In this document: piece by piece, positions 1 through 8,422 of the stretch
Layout: each line of letters begins with the position of its first letter
How positions within the stretch are numbered: the stretch's first letter is position 1
The notes under the pieces: model-generated
Databases searched by the model: none
What the model saw: the letters and a program-made list of their open reading frames with translations, nothing else
Told to the model about the DNA's origin: nothing
Position numbers and translations under genes: made by a program
From: Chloroflexota bacterium
GTDB taxonomy: Bacteria; Chloroflexota; Limnocylindria; Limnocylindrales; CSP1-4
Length of the DNA stretch: 52,859 bases
Assembly (NCBI GenBank): GCA_003156975.1
Contig: PMIE01000086.1
Location: 1,416-54,274, forward strand
Reading direction: 5' to 3'

Positions 1-12
1 CCCCGCCGTTCC

Positions 13-1473
13 TCAGACGAGGCGCCGACCGTCCACCCAGCCGGACCAGCCGTTCGACGTAACGACGTGCGCCCAATCTCCGCTCCGTTCCGCGACCGCC
101 ACCGGAAGTCCGCCGCCCAGCTGAGTGCCGGGTTTCTGCGGATCCGGCGTCGGCCAGGCCGTCATACCTTCGGGCGGGATGGTGTGAGTGGGTACCCAGG
201 CGGGGGCTGGGGCGGCGGGTATGGGCGCGGGTGCGACGGGGGCGGGGGCAACCGGAGCGGGCGCGGGGGCGACCTGTGCGGGCACGGGGGCGGGCGCAAC
301 CGGCGCGGGCGCAACGGGTACCGCGGGCGCAGGGGCGGGCGCAACCTGAGCGGACGCAGGCGCGGCCACGGGAGGCTGGGTCGCGGCCGGCTTAGCCTTC
401 CGGACCGCAGCCAACACGGCGTCGCGGGAATACGACGTCTTCATCGCGAACGGCGCGTCTGTGGCCTGAGCGTTGCCGCCGAGCACATGGTCGATCAGGT
501 TGGTGAAGGAACTCGACCCAAGAAGGCTCAACACTACGCTGCCGGTGCCACCGAACGGTATGGCGCTCATGTCCGCCAGCCAGAACCCAACGGGGGTTCG
601 CCATCCGCCGACCGTGGCCAGGTCTATCTCGTTGGCGGCCCGCAGGCGCTGGACCGAGAGGCCGAACTGCACGACGCCGTCGAGGATCGCATTGCACAGA
701 TCATCGAGGCCCGGACCCAGGATGTAGACGTCACCCACCGGATCGTCCGCGTCGCCGGGCAACCGCGCGAGAAGCTCCGCCGCATCCATTTCGTCGATCG
801 CCGGAATAGCCAGGGCCTCGAAGCCGGCCGGCACGAGGTCCGGCCGCAGGAGCGCGAACAACGACACGCACCAGCCCGGGTCCGGCCGCCCGATCCCGGC
901 CCGCCACGCTTCGGCGAGTGTCTGTTGCGTCACGCCGGTCGGATATCCGATCCCACGCGCCAGCCGGTTGCGCAGGAGGGTCATCCGATAGGCGTCGAAC
1001 AGCGCGAGTGTGGCCCAGAACTGCTCGAGGGAGAACGTGATCGCGGCGGGCTCGGGCTCCCCCATTCCAGGCATCGCTGCCAGGTCCAGGGCCGCGAGGA
1101 GCACATCGTCGCGCTCGATCGGACCGGCCAGACGCAGAACGTCCTTGCCGATCGTGGCTCGGAAGCCAGGTCCACGGCCATCGGGATCGGCCCACAGGTA
1201 CTGCCCGATGCGGGCGGTATCGCCGTCGCCGAACAGGAGCTCCACCGTGCGGCCGGGGCCCAGGAGCGCCGGCGGCGCCGCCAGCCACGGGCCGTCCATG
1301 CCGGCCAGCGCGGTGATGAGCGCGGCCCTGTCCGCCGGCCCGTCAGGCGGCTGCATTCGGGCGAGCGTAGACAGCGCGTTCACACGCAGATCCGGCAGCT
1401 CGCCAAATGCCTTGAGAGCCTGCTTCGAGATCCGGATCTCGCGCGCCGCCATTGCCGCGGTCGTGCCCGTCAT
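13..1473 (-). CDS. hypothetical protein: unknown ~360-aa N-domain, Pro/Ala-rich linker, C-terminal bacterial SH3 (SH3b) domain
   Basis: ORF track gives 13..1521. I prefer the ATG at 1473, which has GAGGTGGAGG just upstream and leaves 25 nt after the stop of the upstream gene. The TTG at 1521 is the alternative. There is no signal peptide or TM. A long (A/V)P repeat linker is followed by ...GDWAHVVTSNGWSGWVDGRRL, a typical SH3_3 ending. I do not recognise the N-domain. Confidence 0.6.
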   Translation of the reverse strand: MTGTTAAMAAREIRISKQALKAFGELPDLRVNALSTLARMQPPDGPADRAALITALAGMDGPWLAAPPALLGPGRTVELLFGDGDTARIGQYLWADPDGRGPGFRATIGKDVLRLAGPIERDDVLLAALDLAAMPGMGEPEPAAITFSLEQFWATLALFDAYRMTLLRNRLARGIGYPTGVTQQTLAEAWRAGIGRPDPGWCVSLFALLRPDLVPAGFEALAIPAIDEMDAAELLARLPGDADDPVGDVYILGPGLDDLCNAILDGVVQFGLSVQRLRAANEIDLATVGGWRTPVGFWLADMSAIPFGGTGSVVLSLLGSSSFTNLIDHVLGGNAQATDAPFAMKTSYSRDAVLAAVRKAKPAATQPPVAAPASAQVAPAPAPAVPVAPAPVAPAPVPAQVAPAPAPVAPAPVAPAPIPAAPAPAWVPTHTIPPEGMTAWPTPDPQKPGTQLGGGLPVAVAERSGDWAHVVTSNGWSGWVDGRRLV

Positions 1474-1498
1474 CGCCTCCACCTCGCTTGTCGTCCGC

Positions 1499-4400
1499 TC
1501 ACTGGTCCAATAGCCCTTCAATATCCTTCACGTCAGTGATCCCGGCGTCGCGCAGGATCTGCCGCTGTAGCAACTCGTCGCGCGTCGCGGCGGCCCTCAT
1601 GAGAGTCGCGTTGGGAACGGTCGCGGGGTTCGTCCTGTCGGCCAATCGCTCGATCTTGGCAATCCGCGCCGCGGACTTGACCGCGTCTTTCACGTTACCG
1701 CTCGCCACGGCCTCCTGGAGGTGCGCTCTCGCCTCCGCCGTCGCCGCCTGGGCCTCGCCCTCCGAAAGGCCCGGGGCCGCGAACTCCTGCTCCGGCGTGA
1801 GCGCGCTCCGGCCCGAATACCCGCCCACGTGGTCGCCGACGACGGCCTTTCCGTCGATATGGGCGACCGGGTGAAAGCCCCCTCTTGACGTGTTTCCCAC
1901 CGCGTTGTTTCGGACCCACCCCTCCGGATTCGTTCCGGCAGCGCTCGGGGCCGAGAGGCGTCCGGGAGGCGGGGCATAGATGTTCGTTCCCAGCGACTCG
2001 TGGTCCAGACCGAGTTTCTTCTCGGCGCAGACCTGGTCGATTATTTCCGCGTGGCGCTGCTGGAGGGCCGCAGTGTCCGCAGCCGACGCATCCTTTCCGG
2101 CCAGTCCATGGATCGCGCGGTCGAGGTCTGTTCCGGTGCCGGCGGCGCCGACCACCGTCCGGCTTCCCTCGGTGGTCTCGAGAGTGGTGAAACGTGTCGG
2201 GACGGGCTGTCCGGGCGGAATCTTGTCCACCACCTCCTGGAGCAGCCGCTTGCCCGCTTCGTTCAACACCGCTTCCTGGTGACCGAGGAGCCGGGCGGTC
2301 AGCAGCGTGTGGGCATCGTCGCCCAAAGCGCCGGCCCCGCGAAGATTGCCGAGCGCACCGCTCCCTCCGTTCGCCACAAGGGCGTCGTCGCAGAGCTGGG
2401 CCAGCTCCGGATGCTCCGCCAGCACCTGCCGGACGGCTTGATGGGTGTTGGGCAGCTTGCCGCCCTGCAGGGCTTCCGAGGCGGCCTGTTCGACTTTGCT
2501 GACAGCCGTGGCGACCTCCGGATGGGCGGCGACTGCGGCGGCCGCATCTGCCGTCGACGCGGCTCGCGCAGCCGCGGCGGCTTCCGCGCCGGCCGCTGCG
2601 CCCGCGCCTGCCGGGGTCGGCGCCTCGAGGGCCGTCAGGATCTGGGCGATCTTGCACGCCGCCGACGGGACGGCCCAGAGGGCATCCTCGGTTACCTCTC
2701 CCTTCTGGTATGCGTCGTGGAGCGCTTCGTACTCATCACCTGGAAGGGCACCTTTCACGCGAGCTCCGATGTCGTGCATCGAGGGCAGGCTGGGCAGCGA
2801 ATCGCGCAGCCGCGTGAACGAATCCGCGATCGATTTGGCGCCCTGTGAGTCGGCGCTCCCGCTGAGACCAATAGTCCCGGGCGACCCGAACTGCCGCGCA
2901 CCGTCCGCCGCCAAGTCGACGATCGTCCTTCCGATCGCGTTCTGCATGTCGACGGCTGCCATGCCGACCCTCGCGATGGCACCGGCGAGCGCATTGTTCG
3001 TCGTGACGATTCCTTCGAGCGTTCCAACGGCGAAGTCCTTCACCCCCACCGCAACCTTGACCGAGGTCTTGGAGACGAAGCTCGGAGCGGACGAAGCGGC
3101 GACCGACAGGTCGCCCGGCATCGCATTGATGTTGGCCTGATTGGGGTTGACCAAGTCGCGGATGGCCTTCATGGCCGCCGCGTACTTGTCTGGAATGAGG
3201 TTGCCGTCGGCATCGAAGGCGTTGGCCTTGGCATCATTGACCGCAGCCATCAAGGCGGCCTTGTTATCCTTCCCGACCGCCCAGTTCGCCATCAAGCCAA
3301 GCCTATCCTTGGCAGCCTGCGTCTCGGGTGAGACCGCACCGGGTGCCGGGGGGGTCGTTCCGCCGGCCTCCTTGCCGCCGGTGCCCTTGCCGCCGGGCGG
3401 CGTCCCTTCCTTGCCGCCGGCACCCTTGCCGTCGGGGCCTTCGCCGTCCTCTCCGTCCTCTCCGTCCTCGCCGTCTTCGCCGTCGGCGTCCTCGCCATCG
3501 GCGCCACCCGACTTGTCGGGCGCCGCCGGGGCTGTGGTGCCGCCACCGGCTCCGCCGCCGCCACCGGCTCCGCCGCCGCCCAGGGCACCGGCCAGCAGGC
3601 CGCCGAGGATCCCGAGCACGGCCGGTCCGACCATTCCGACCACACCCTGCGTCTCATCGGCCGGGCCGGGTACTTCACCGACGCCATCCAGGCCGGGCGT
3701 GTCGCCGTCGGCCTGCGTTCCTTCGGTATCGCTGCCCGGTGCGGGAACGGGTGACGTTCCGCCCGCGGCGGTTGAGCCCAGGACCCCGTTGTAATTGGCA
3801 CTGAATTCCTGTGCGTGCCCCTGGCAGCTGAGCTGCAAAGAGATCTGCGCGGGCTTACCGTCCCACGTCACCGAATTGGCCTGGACGCCGCCGATGGTCC
3901 AAACCTCGGAGATGGTCCCCTGGATCGGCTTGCCGTCTTCGCTGGTGACATCCGCGCTGGGGGAGAGAGTGTCGCCGGCCTTGAGGTGGGAGGGGACGTA
4001 GATCGTTGCCGCGCAGAGAGGGAGTTCGGGGGTGGACGAGGCGGCGGCGATCGGTGCTGTCTGGCTGGCGGACGATCCCGGCGGCCGGAGGTCCCAGCCG
4101 GGCAACCAATAGTGGCCTGGGTCGCTCTTGGTGTTGAAGAGGGTCCAAGCCTCGTCGTATGACTTCGCTCCCAGCTGCTGCTGGAACGTGTAGGGCTGGG
4201 TCGGTCCGATCTTGGCAATCATCAGCGCATATGTCACGAAGTACGACCCGTCCCACGGACCTTTGACCTGCTTGAAATCCAGGATGACCGCGTTCCTCCG
4301 CTCGGCCGCCGTGGCGTCCGTCTCCGAATGCCACTTGGTGAAGTGGAATTCCGAATATGTCGAGGCCAGCTTGGGAACCGACTGGTCCAGAGCGTCGTAG

Positions 4401-4576
4401 TAGGCGGTGACGGCCGGTATCATCGACTGAAGTTCGGCGTCGGTCGGCACAGGCGGATAGGGGCCATCCGCGGCGACGAGTCCGGTGCCGACGAACGCCG
4501 CCATGACAAGGGCGGCAACCAGCGCGCCCAGCAGCCGCGGAGTCCGATTCGCCCGGAGCCGTGACGTCAGCATCAC
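1499..4576 (-). CDS. large single-pass membrane protein (signal-like N-terminus, ~280-aa ectodomain, one TM, poly-Gly/(DGE)n/Pro-Gly-Lys tracts, ~600-aa Ala-rich cytoplasmic region); function unknown
   Basis: 1025-aa ORF starting at GTG 4576 or ATG 4573, 1 nt after the upstream stop. The N-terminus RLRANRTPRLLGALVAALVMAAFVGTGLVAADG looks like a signal peptide. A hydrophobic stretch VVGMVGPAVLGILGGLLAGAL lies at about aa 311-332. The third codon position is strongly G/C in this frame. I recognise no catalytic motif. Confidence 0.6.
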   Translation of the reverse strand: MMLTSRLRANRTPRLLGALVAALVMAAFVGTGLVAADGPYPPVPTDAELQSMIPAVTAYYDALDQSVPKLASTYSEFHFTKWHSETDATAAERRNAVILDFKQVKGPWDGSYFVTYALMIAKIGPTQPYTFQQQLGAKSYDEAWTLFNTKSDPGHYWLPGWDLRPPGSSASQTAPIAAASSTPELPLCAATIYVPSHLKAGDTLSPSADVTSEDGKPIQGTISEVWTIGGVQANSVTWDGKPAQISLQLSCQGHAQEFSANYNGVLGSTAAGGTSPVPAPGSDTEGTQADGDTPGLDGVGEVPGPADETQGVVGMVGPAVLGILGGLLAGALGGGGAGGGGGAGGGTTAPAAPDKSGGADGEDADGEDGEDGEDGEDGEGPDGKGAGGKEGTPPGGKGTGGKEAGGTTPPAPGAVSPETQAAKDRLGLMANWAVGKDNKAALMAAVNDAKANAFDADGNLIPDKYAAAMKAIRDLVNPNQANINAMPGDLSVAASSAPSFVSKTSVKVAVGVKDFAVGTLEGIVTTNNALAGAIARVGMAAVDMQNAIGRTIVDLAADGARQFGSPGTIGLSGSADSQGAKSIADSFTRLRDSLPSLPSMHDIGARVKGALPGDEYEALHDAYQKGEVTEDALWAVPSAACKIAQILTALEAPTPAGAGAAAGAEAAAAARAASTADAAAAVAAHPEVATAVSKVEQAASEALQGGKLPNTHQAVRQVLAEHPELAQLCDDALVANGGSGALGNLRGAGALGDDAHTLLTARLLGHQEAVLNEAGKRLLQEVVDKIPPGQPVPTRFTTLETTEGSRTVVGAAGTGTDLDRAIHGLAGKDASAADTAALQQRHAEIIDQVCAEKKLGLDHESLGTNIYAPPPGRLSAPSAAGTNPEGWVRNNAVGNTSRGGFHPVAHIDGKAVVGDHVGGYSGRSALTPEQEFAAPGLSEGEAQAATAEARAHLQEAVASGNVKDAVKSAARIAKIERLADRTNPATVPNATLMRAAATRDELLQRQILRDAGITDVKDIEGLLDQ

Positions 4577-4577
4577 G

Positions 4578-5096
4578 TCACCGCTTCCAGTTCGCGGCTG
4601 CGATGGTGCTCAGCATCACCCAGGCCGTGGAGAGCAGGAAGGCAGTGGCGGTCGGCACCAGCATGCTGCGCAGCTTGCCGCCGCCGCGCCGCGACACCTC
4701 GACCCCGACGGCCCCAAAGGCGGTCATGAGGCCGGCGGAGGAGAAGACCTGCGAGGCCTTCCAGCCGAGAAGGATCTCGGCTGCCAGGGCCAGGATCGCG
4801 AAGGGCAGGATCAGCAGGAAGCCCTTCGCCGCGGCCTCACGCACGGCGGGCCGCTCCAGATGAGGGTTCGCCATGCTGAGCGCCGTGGTCAACACGAAGG
4901 CTCCAGCGAACGCGAATGCGGCGCCGATCGCGACGCCCAATACCGTCGAAACCGGGCTCGCGCCGACTCGCCAGCCGATGAGGCCACCGAACGCGGCAAA
5001 GGCCAGCACCGGGACGGTCCAGTGCGGCAAGGCTGCGACCGCAGACGCGGGCGCAGGCACCGGCGCGGACGAAGGCGGGGGCGATGCCACTGGCAT
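4578..5096 (-). CDS. small integral membrane protein (about 4 TM helices), unknown function
   Basis: ORF track gives 4578..5141, starting at a TTG. The ATG at 5096 has a GGTGGAGA Shine-Dalgarno (SD) and avoids overlapping the upstream stop at 5131. The protein has a Pro/Ser/Ala-rich N-terminus followed by four hydrophobic helices. Confidence 0.5.
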   Translation of the reverse strand: MPVASPPPSSAPVPAPASAVAALPHWTVPVLAFAAFGGLIGWRVGASPVSTVLGVAIGAAFAFAGAFVLTTALSMANPHLERPAVREAAAKGFLLILPFAILALAAEILLGWKASQVFSSAGLMTAFGAVGVEVSRRGGGKLRSMLVPTATAFLLSTAWVMLSTIAAANWKR

Positions 5097-5130
5097 CGTC
5101 TCCACCGATGCGTTCACAACTGCACCATCG

Positions 5131-5745
5131 TTAGGTTCCAAGGAACGCCCATCCGAACAGAGTCAGGCCGCCGAGGATCGTCGCGAGGACCACGCTCGGC
5201 TCGATCCGCCCGCCGAGCATCTCGCGCAGAGTCGCGATCATCGGCCCAATAGCCCACAGCACACCGGTCACGCCGAAGGCAAGGGCGGTGTTCCAGCCAA
5301 AGGCGACGTTCATGACGAGGCCGAAGACCGCGTATACAAGGGCCGGGCAATAGCCGAGAGCCAGGGCGCGAACCGTGGCTTCGAGGGTGAGCGTCGCACC
5401 CAACGCGCGCGTGGCGACCCACGCGATCGCGCCGAGGAACACAACCCCGAGCGTCCCGTACAGGACGCCGAGCAGGCACAGCACCACGACACCGACATTG
5501 CCGGTCATGGCGAAGCGCGGCAGCGTCTGGTGGCCGACGCGCAGGAGATCGAGTCCGGTCTGGAGGAAGAAGAGCCCAAAGGCGATGCCCGAGACGCCGA
5601 GGGCGACGTGTATCGGAAGCTGGGAGAGGGCGCCTTTGAGCGCCCCGCCGGGGTTCACGAAGATCAGCAGCCCGGCCTTGATCTGGGCGCTGCGAGTTCG
5701 CGCCGGGCCCTCACCGACCGAGCCAATTGTGGCGCCGCTGGACAT
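5131..5745 (-). CDS. polytopic membrane protein, Yip1-domain-like (tentative)
   Basis: ATG at 5745. The protein is about 200 aa, with a short soluble N-terminus and five hydrophobic helices. Its overall look matches bacterial Yip1-family proteins. The family assignment is by eye only. Confidence 0.5.
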   Translation of the reverse strand: MSSGATIGSVGEGPARTRSAQIKAGLLIFVNPGGALKGALSQLPIHVALGVSGIAFGLFFLQTGLDLLRVGHQTLPRFAMTGNVGVVVLCLLGVLYGTLGVVFLGAIAWVATRALGATLTLEATVRALALGYCPALVYAVFGLVMNVAFGWNTALAFGVTGVLWAIGPMIATLREMLGGRIEPSVVLATILGGLTLFGWAFLGT

Positions 5746-5956
5746 CCCCTACCCCTGAAGCCGTGGCTACCCGAAAGCTGCTACCCCGCGGTCAGAAGGG
5801 ACGTTCTGAACCTTGCGGCGGATCGTACGTGCCGCGCCTGCGAACGTCAACGAGTTTGCGCGGCGCAACGGTCGACGGACGCGGGCGACTGCGCCACTGT
5901 CTCGGCTGTGCGACCATTCCCGAGCGCGCGATCTCGCGCCGGAACCGGAGGACTCG

Positions 5957-7189
5957 ATGTTCAGAGGACGAAATCGGCGCGACAAGGCGGACGCCCCGGA
6001 CGAGATCGACGACGCCGTGACCGACGGCGAGCTCGACGCCGAGCCGACCGACGTCGAGCCGACCGACGAGGCCGAGGACGAGGCCGCCGAGGATCAGCCC
6101 GAGGACATGACGGCAGACCTGGAGTCGCAGGCCGCGGACTATCTCGCCGGCAACGACGTCTGGATGTACGGCCCCAACGCGGAGGCCGTCCTGGAGATCA
6201 TCGACCGGCTCGAGGAGATCACGCCGGACGAGGCTCGGCCGCTCGCAGAAGCGTGGCAGGCGATCCCCAAGTCGGACCGCGACCAAGCCAGGAAAGCGGC
6301 CCGGAAGCTCGCCGAAAACGACGAGGAGATATACCGCCACTTGCAGCTCGCGCGAGAAGCCGTCGGCAGCTGGCTGGCGGTGACGGGCCCGTACCCCGAA
6401 TACGTTGCCGCGGACCCGGACTGGGGCCGCAACTGCGCGAAGACCGCTGAAGCGGCACTGGACGCGGCCACGGCCGTGATCCTCGAGGGCTCACTCGAAG
6501 AGAGCCTGTACGTGGCCCTGCTCGATCCGTGGTCCGAGACGATCGCCCAGATAGAGGAGGCCGCCGAGGCGACAAGACTCCAGCGTGGCGACGACGAGGA
6601 ACTCGATCCGGACGAAGAGGACGAGGAGGGCGAAGAAGAGGAAGAAGGCGAGTTCGGGCCGAACTCGGATGCGATCACGGACTTCCTCAATCGCCTCTGG
6701 CTGCTCGCGCCGGAGCAAGTCGGCCGGATCGTGAGCATCTGGCAGAATGCCGATCGCGATGCCCTGGCCGCAGCCCATGAGGGCCTTCGCGGCCTCGTGG
6801 ATGAGGATGCCGAGTGGCGCGAGCAGGTCCGCCGTGCCCAGGAGAAGCTGGCGCCGTGGCTGAACGCCGGCCGCGTCGAAGAGACGGCCGGGTTCCTCGG
6901 CCAGGCCGGGCAGGGCGAGTCCCGCAAGATGGCCGGGCCCGCTCTCGCCGACGCCGTGGCCGCCCTCGTGCTCGGCGATCTGCTCGACCGTGCGGACGCG
7001 GAGGCACTCTACGGAGCGTGGTTCAATCTGATCGGCGCACCGCCGCTGCCCGAGGAGAGCGAGGACGAGCCGTCCAAGCCGGCCAACGGCAACAAGCAAG
7101 TCGCCAAGCCCGGCAAGGCCAAGGGCAAGCCTGCGGCCGCCGAACATCCGAGCGGCAAGGCCAAGCCCAAGGTATCCAAGAAGAAGTGA
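5957..7189 (+). CDS. highly acidic two-module protein with Lys-rich C-terminal tail (paralog A), unknown function
   Basis: ORF track gives 5813..7189, starting at a TTG. The in-frame ATG at 5957 lies 6 nt after GGAGG. The protein has two internal copies of a roughly 125-aa module that starts [YF]GPN and ends LY.aW. It is rich in D/E. The tail is KPGKAKGKPAAAEHPSGKAKPKVSKKK. GC3 is high in this frame. Confidence 0.65.
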   Translation: MFRGRNRRDKADAPDEIDDAVTDGELDAEPTDVEPTDEAEDEAAEDQPEDMTADLESQAADYLAGNDVWMYGPNAEAVLEIIDRLEEITPDEARPLAEAWQAIPKSDRDQARKAARKLAENDEEIYRHLQLAREAVGSWLAVTGPYPEYVAADPDWGRNCAKTAEAALDAATAVILEGSLEESLYVALLDPWSETIAQIEEAAEATRLQRGDDEELDPDEEDEEGEEEEEGEFGPNSDAITDFLNRLWLLAPEQVGRIVSIWQNADRDALAAAHEGLRGLVDEDAEWREQVRRAQEKLAPWLNAGRVEETAGFLGQAGQGESRKMAGPALADAVAALVLGDLLDRADAEALYGAWFNLIGAPPLPEESEDEPSKPANGNKQVAKPGKAKGKPAAAEHPSGKAKPKVSKKK

Positions 7190-7225
7190 TTGCAGCCCGG
7201 GCGTCGCCCCGGGTTCGGAGGGTCG

Positions 7226-8422
7226 ATGTACAGGCGGATCAAGCGCGCGGGCGACGAGCCGGTAGCCAATCAGCTGCGGATCACGAACGAGCCGAACGTC
7301 CTCAAGTCGGGCGGAACGTCCAAGGACCAGGCGAATGAGCTGGAGTGGACTGCGGCCGGGATAACCGCCGACCTCGAGTCCGAAGACGCCGAATTCGAGA
7401 CAGAAGACGAGCTCGACGACGAGGGCAACGAGTCGGACGGCCGAACTCTCGAGGAGCGACGCGCTGCGCTCGAGGCGGAGCTCCAGCGCCAGGCCGAGGA
7501 ATTCGGCCTGACCGGCGACAACCCAATCGGCCTCTACGGTCCGAACGGCGAGGAGATCGCCGCGTTGCTCGATTCGCTGGGCGACATAGACGACGAGACA
7601 GCCGAGGCGATCGCGGACGCATATGAGGCCATCCCAGACGCCGATCGGCAGGTCGTCCAGACCGAGATGCGGCGGCATCACCGCAACGGCAAGTGGCAGT
7701 ACGAACTCAGCCTTGCGGAACGGTCCGTCGCGGACTGGGTTTCGTCGCTGAAGCTCACCGACAGAGACGATGCGGCCCTTTTCTCGATCGTGGCCAAAGC
7801 GGCAACGGATGCCGTGGACGCTCTCGTCCTGGAAGACGACCTCTCCGACTCGGACTTCGACACTCTCTACGGAGCCTGGTCCGAGGTGATGGACGAAGAG
7901 GACGACGAAGCCGGGGCGGAAGGCGAGTCCGAAGTTGGCACCTCTGCAGCAGGTGAGCCTGGGTCCGCCGAGAAGGCCGAGGCCGCCGAAGAGGGACCGT
8001 TCGGGCCGAACAGCGAGCTGGTCATGCAGCTCCTGACGCGGCTCGGCGCACTCGATACCTCGCTCGTAACTGCACTCATCGCCGCATGGCGAGAGCAACC
8101 GAAAGAGGATCTCAAGGTCGCCCACCGCGCGATGCAAGCCCTCGCCGATGAGGATGAGACCTGGCGGGAGCAGTTGCGGCTCGCCCAGGAAGAGATCTTC
8201 GCCTGGATGGAGAACCGGTCCACCGCGTTCTTCGAGTACGGCCGGACCACGCGGGACGACAGCCGTGCCCGAGAACTGGCCGGGCCCGCGATCGCCGATG
8301 CCACAGCCGCCCTCGTATTGGCCGATATCCTCGAGCCCGAGGAGGCCCAGATCCTGTATGCGCCGTGGGCGGCAGTGGTAGGTGAACCGGCGCTGCCGAC
8401 CTACGAGGACGACGAGCGATGA
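7226..8422 (+). CDS. highly acidic two-module protein (paralog B of 5957..7189), unknown function
   Basis: ORF track gives 7190..8422. The ATG at 7226 follows GGAGGG. The two-module layout is the same as in paralog A (YGPNGEE... and FGPNSEL...). Module 2 aligns clearly with module 2 of paralog A (WREQ..A.E....W, AGPA.ADA.AALVL.D.L, LY..W). The stop TGA overlaps the thrH ATG as ATGA. Confidence 0.65.
   Translation: MYRRIKRAGDEPVANQLRITNEPNVLKSGGTSKDQANELEWTAAGITADLESEDAEFETEDELDDEGNESDGRTLEERRAALEAELQRQAEEFGLTGDNPIGLYGPNGEEIAALLDSLGDIDDETAEAIADAYEAIPDADRQVVQTEMRRHHRNGKWQYELSLAERSVADWVSSLKLTDRDDAALFSIVAKAATDAVDALVLEDDLSDSDFDTLYGAWSEVMDEEDDEAGAEGESEVGTSAAGEPGSAEKAEAAEEGPFGPNSELVMQLLTRLGALDTSLVTALIAAWREQPKEDLKVAHRAMQALADEDETWREQLRLAQEEIFAWMENRSTAFFEYGRTTRDDSRARELAGPAIADATAALVLADILEPEEAQILYAPWAAVVGEPALPTYEDDER

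Noticed and set aside
67-1539. Long ORFs antisense to, or out of frame with, the annotated genes. Examples: 67..1539(+), 6491..8137(-), 9807..11702(+), 14556..15488(-), 20946..22565(+), 24167..25552(+), 25549..26607(+), 28675..30312(-), 42131..43177(-), 45278..46615(+), 46383..47357(+).
   Set aside because: They are typical shadow ORFs of GC-rich DNA. Their products are Arg/Gly/Pro/Ala-rich low-complexity strings with no motifs. The opposite or alternate frame in each case carries clear family signatures and G/C-rich third positions.
1790-1900. An ADP-ribosyltransferase-like R ... S-x-S ... E-x-E pattern (SRGG ... YSGRS ... PEQEF) near the C-terminus of the 1025-aa protein.
   Set aside because: The spacing between the S-x-S and E-x-E elements is only about 7 residues, far shorter than in real ARTs. 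There is no supporting context.
2120-2167. A Pol-beta nucleotidyltransferase-like motif G-S-x11-D-L-D (EGSRTVVGAAGTGTDLD) in the cytoplasmic tail of the 1025-aa protein.
   Set aside because: It is a single short pattern. The flanking residues lack the hydrophobic strands expected around the GS and DxD, and there is no identifiable third acidic residue. The match could easily be chance.
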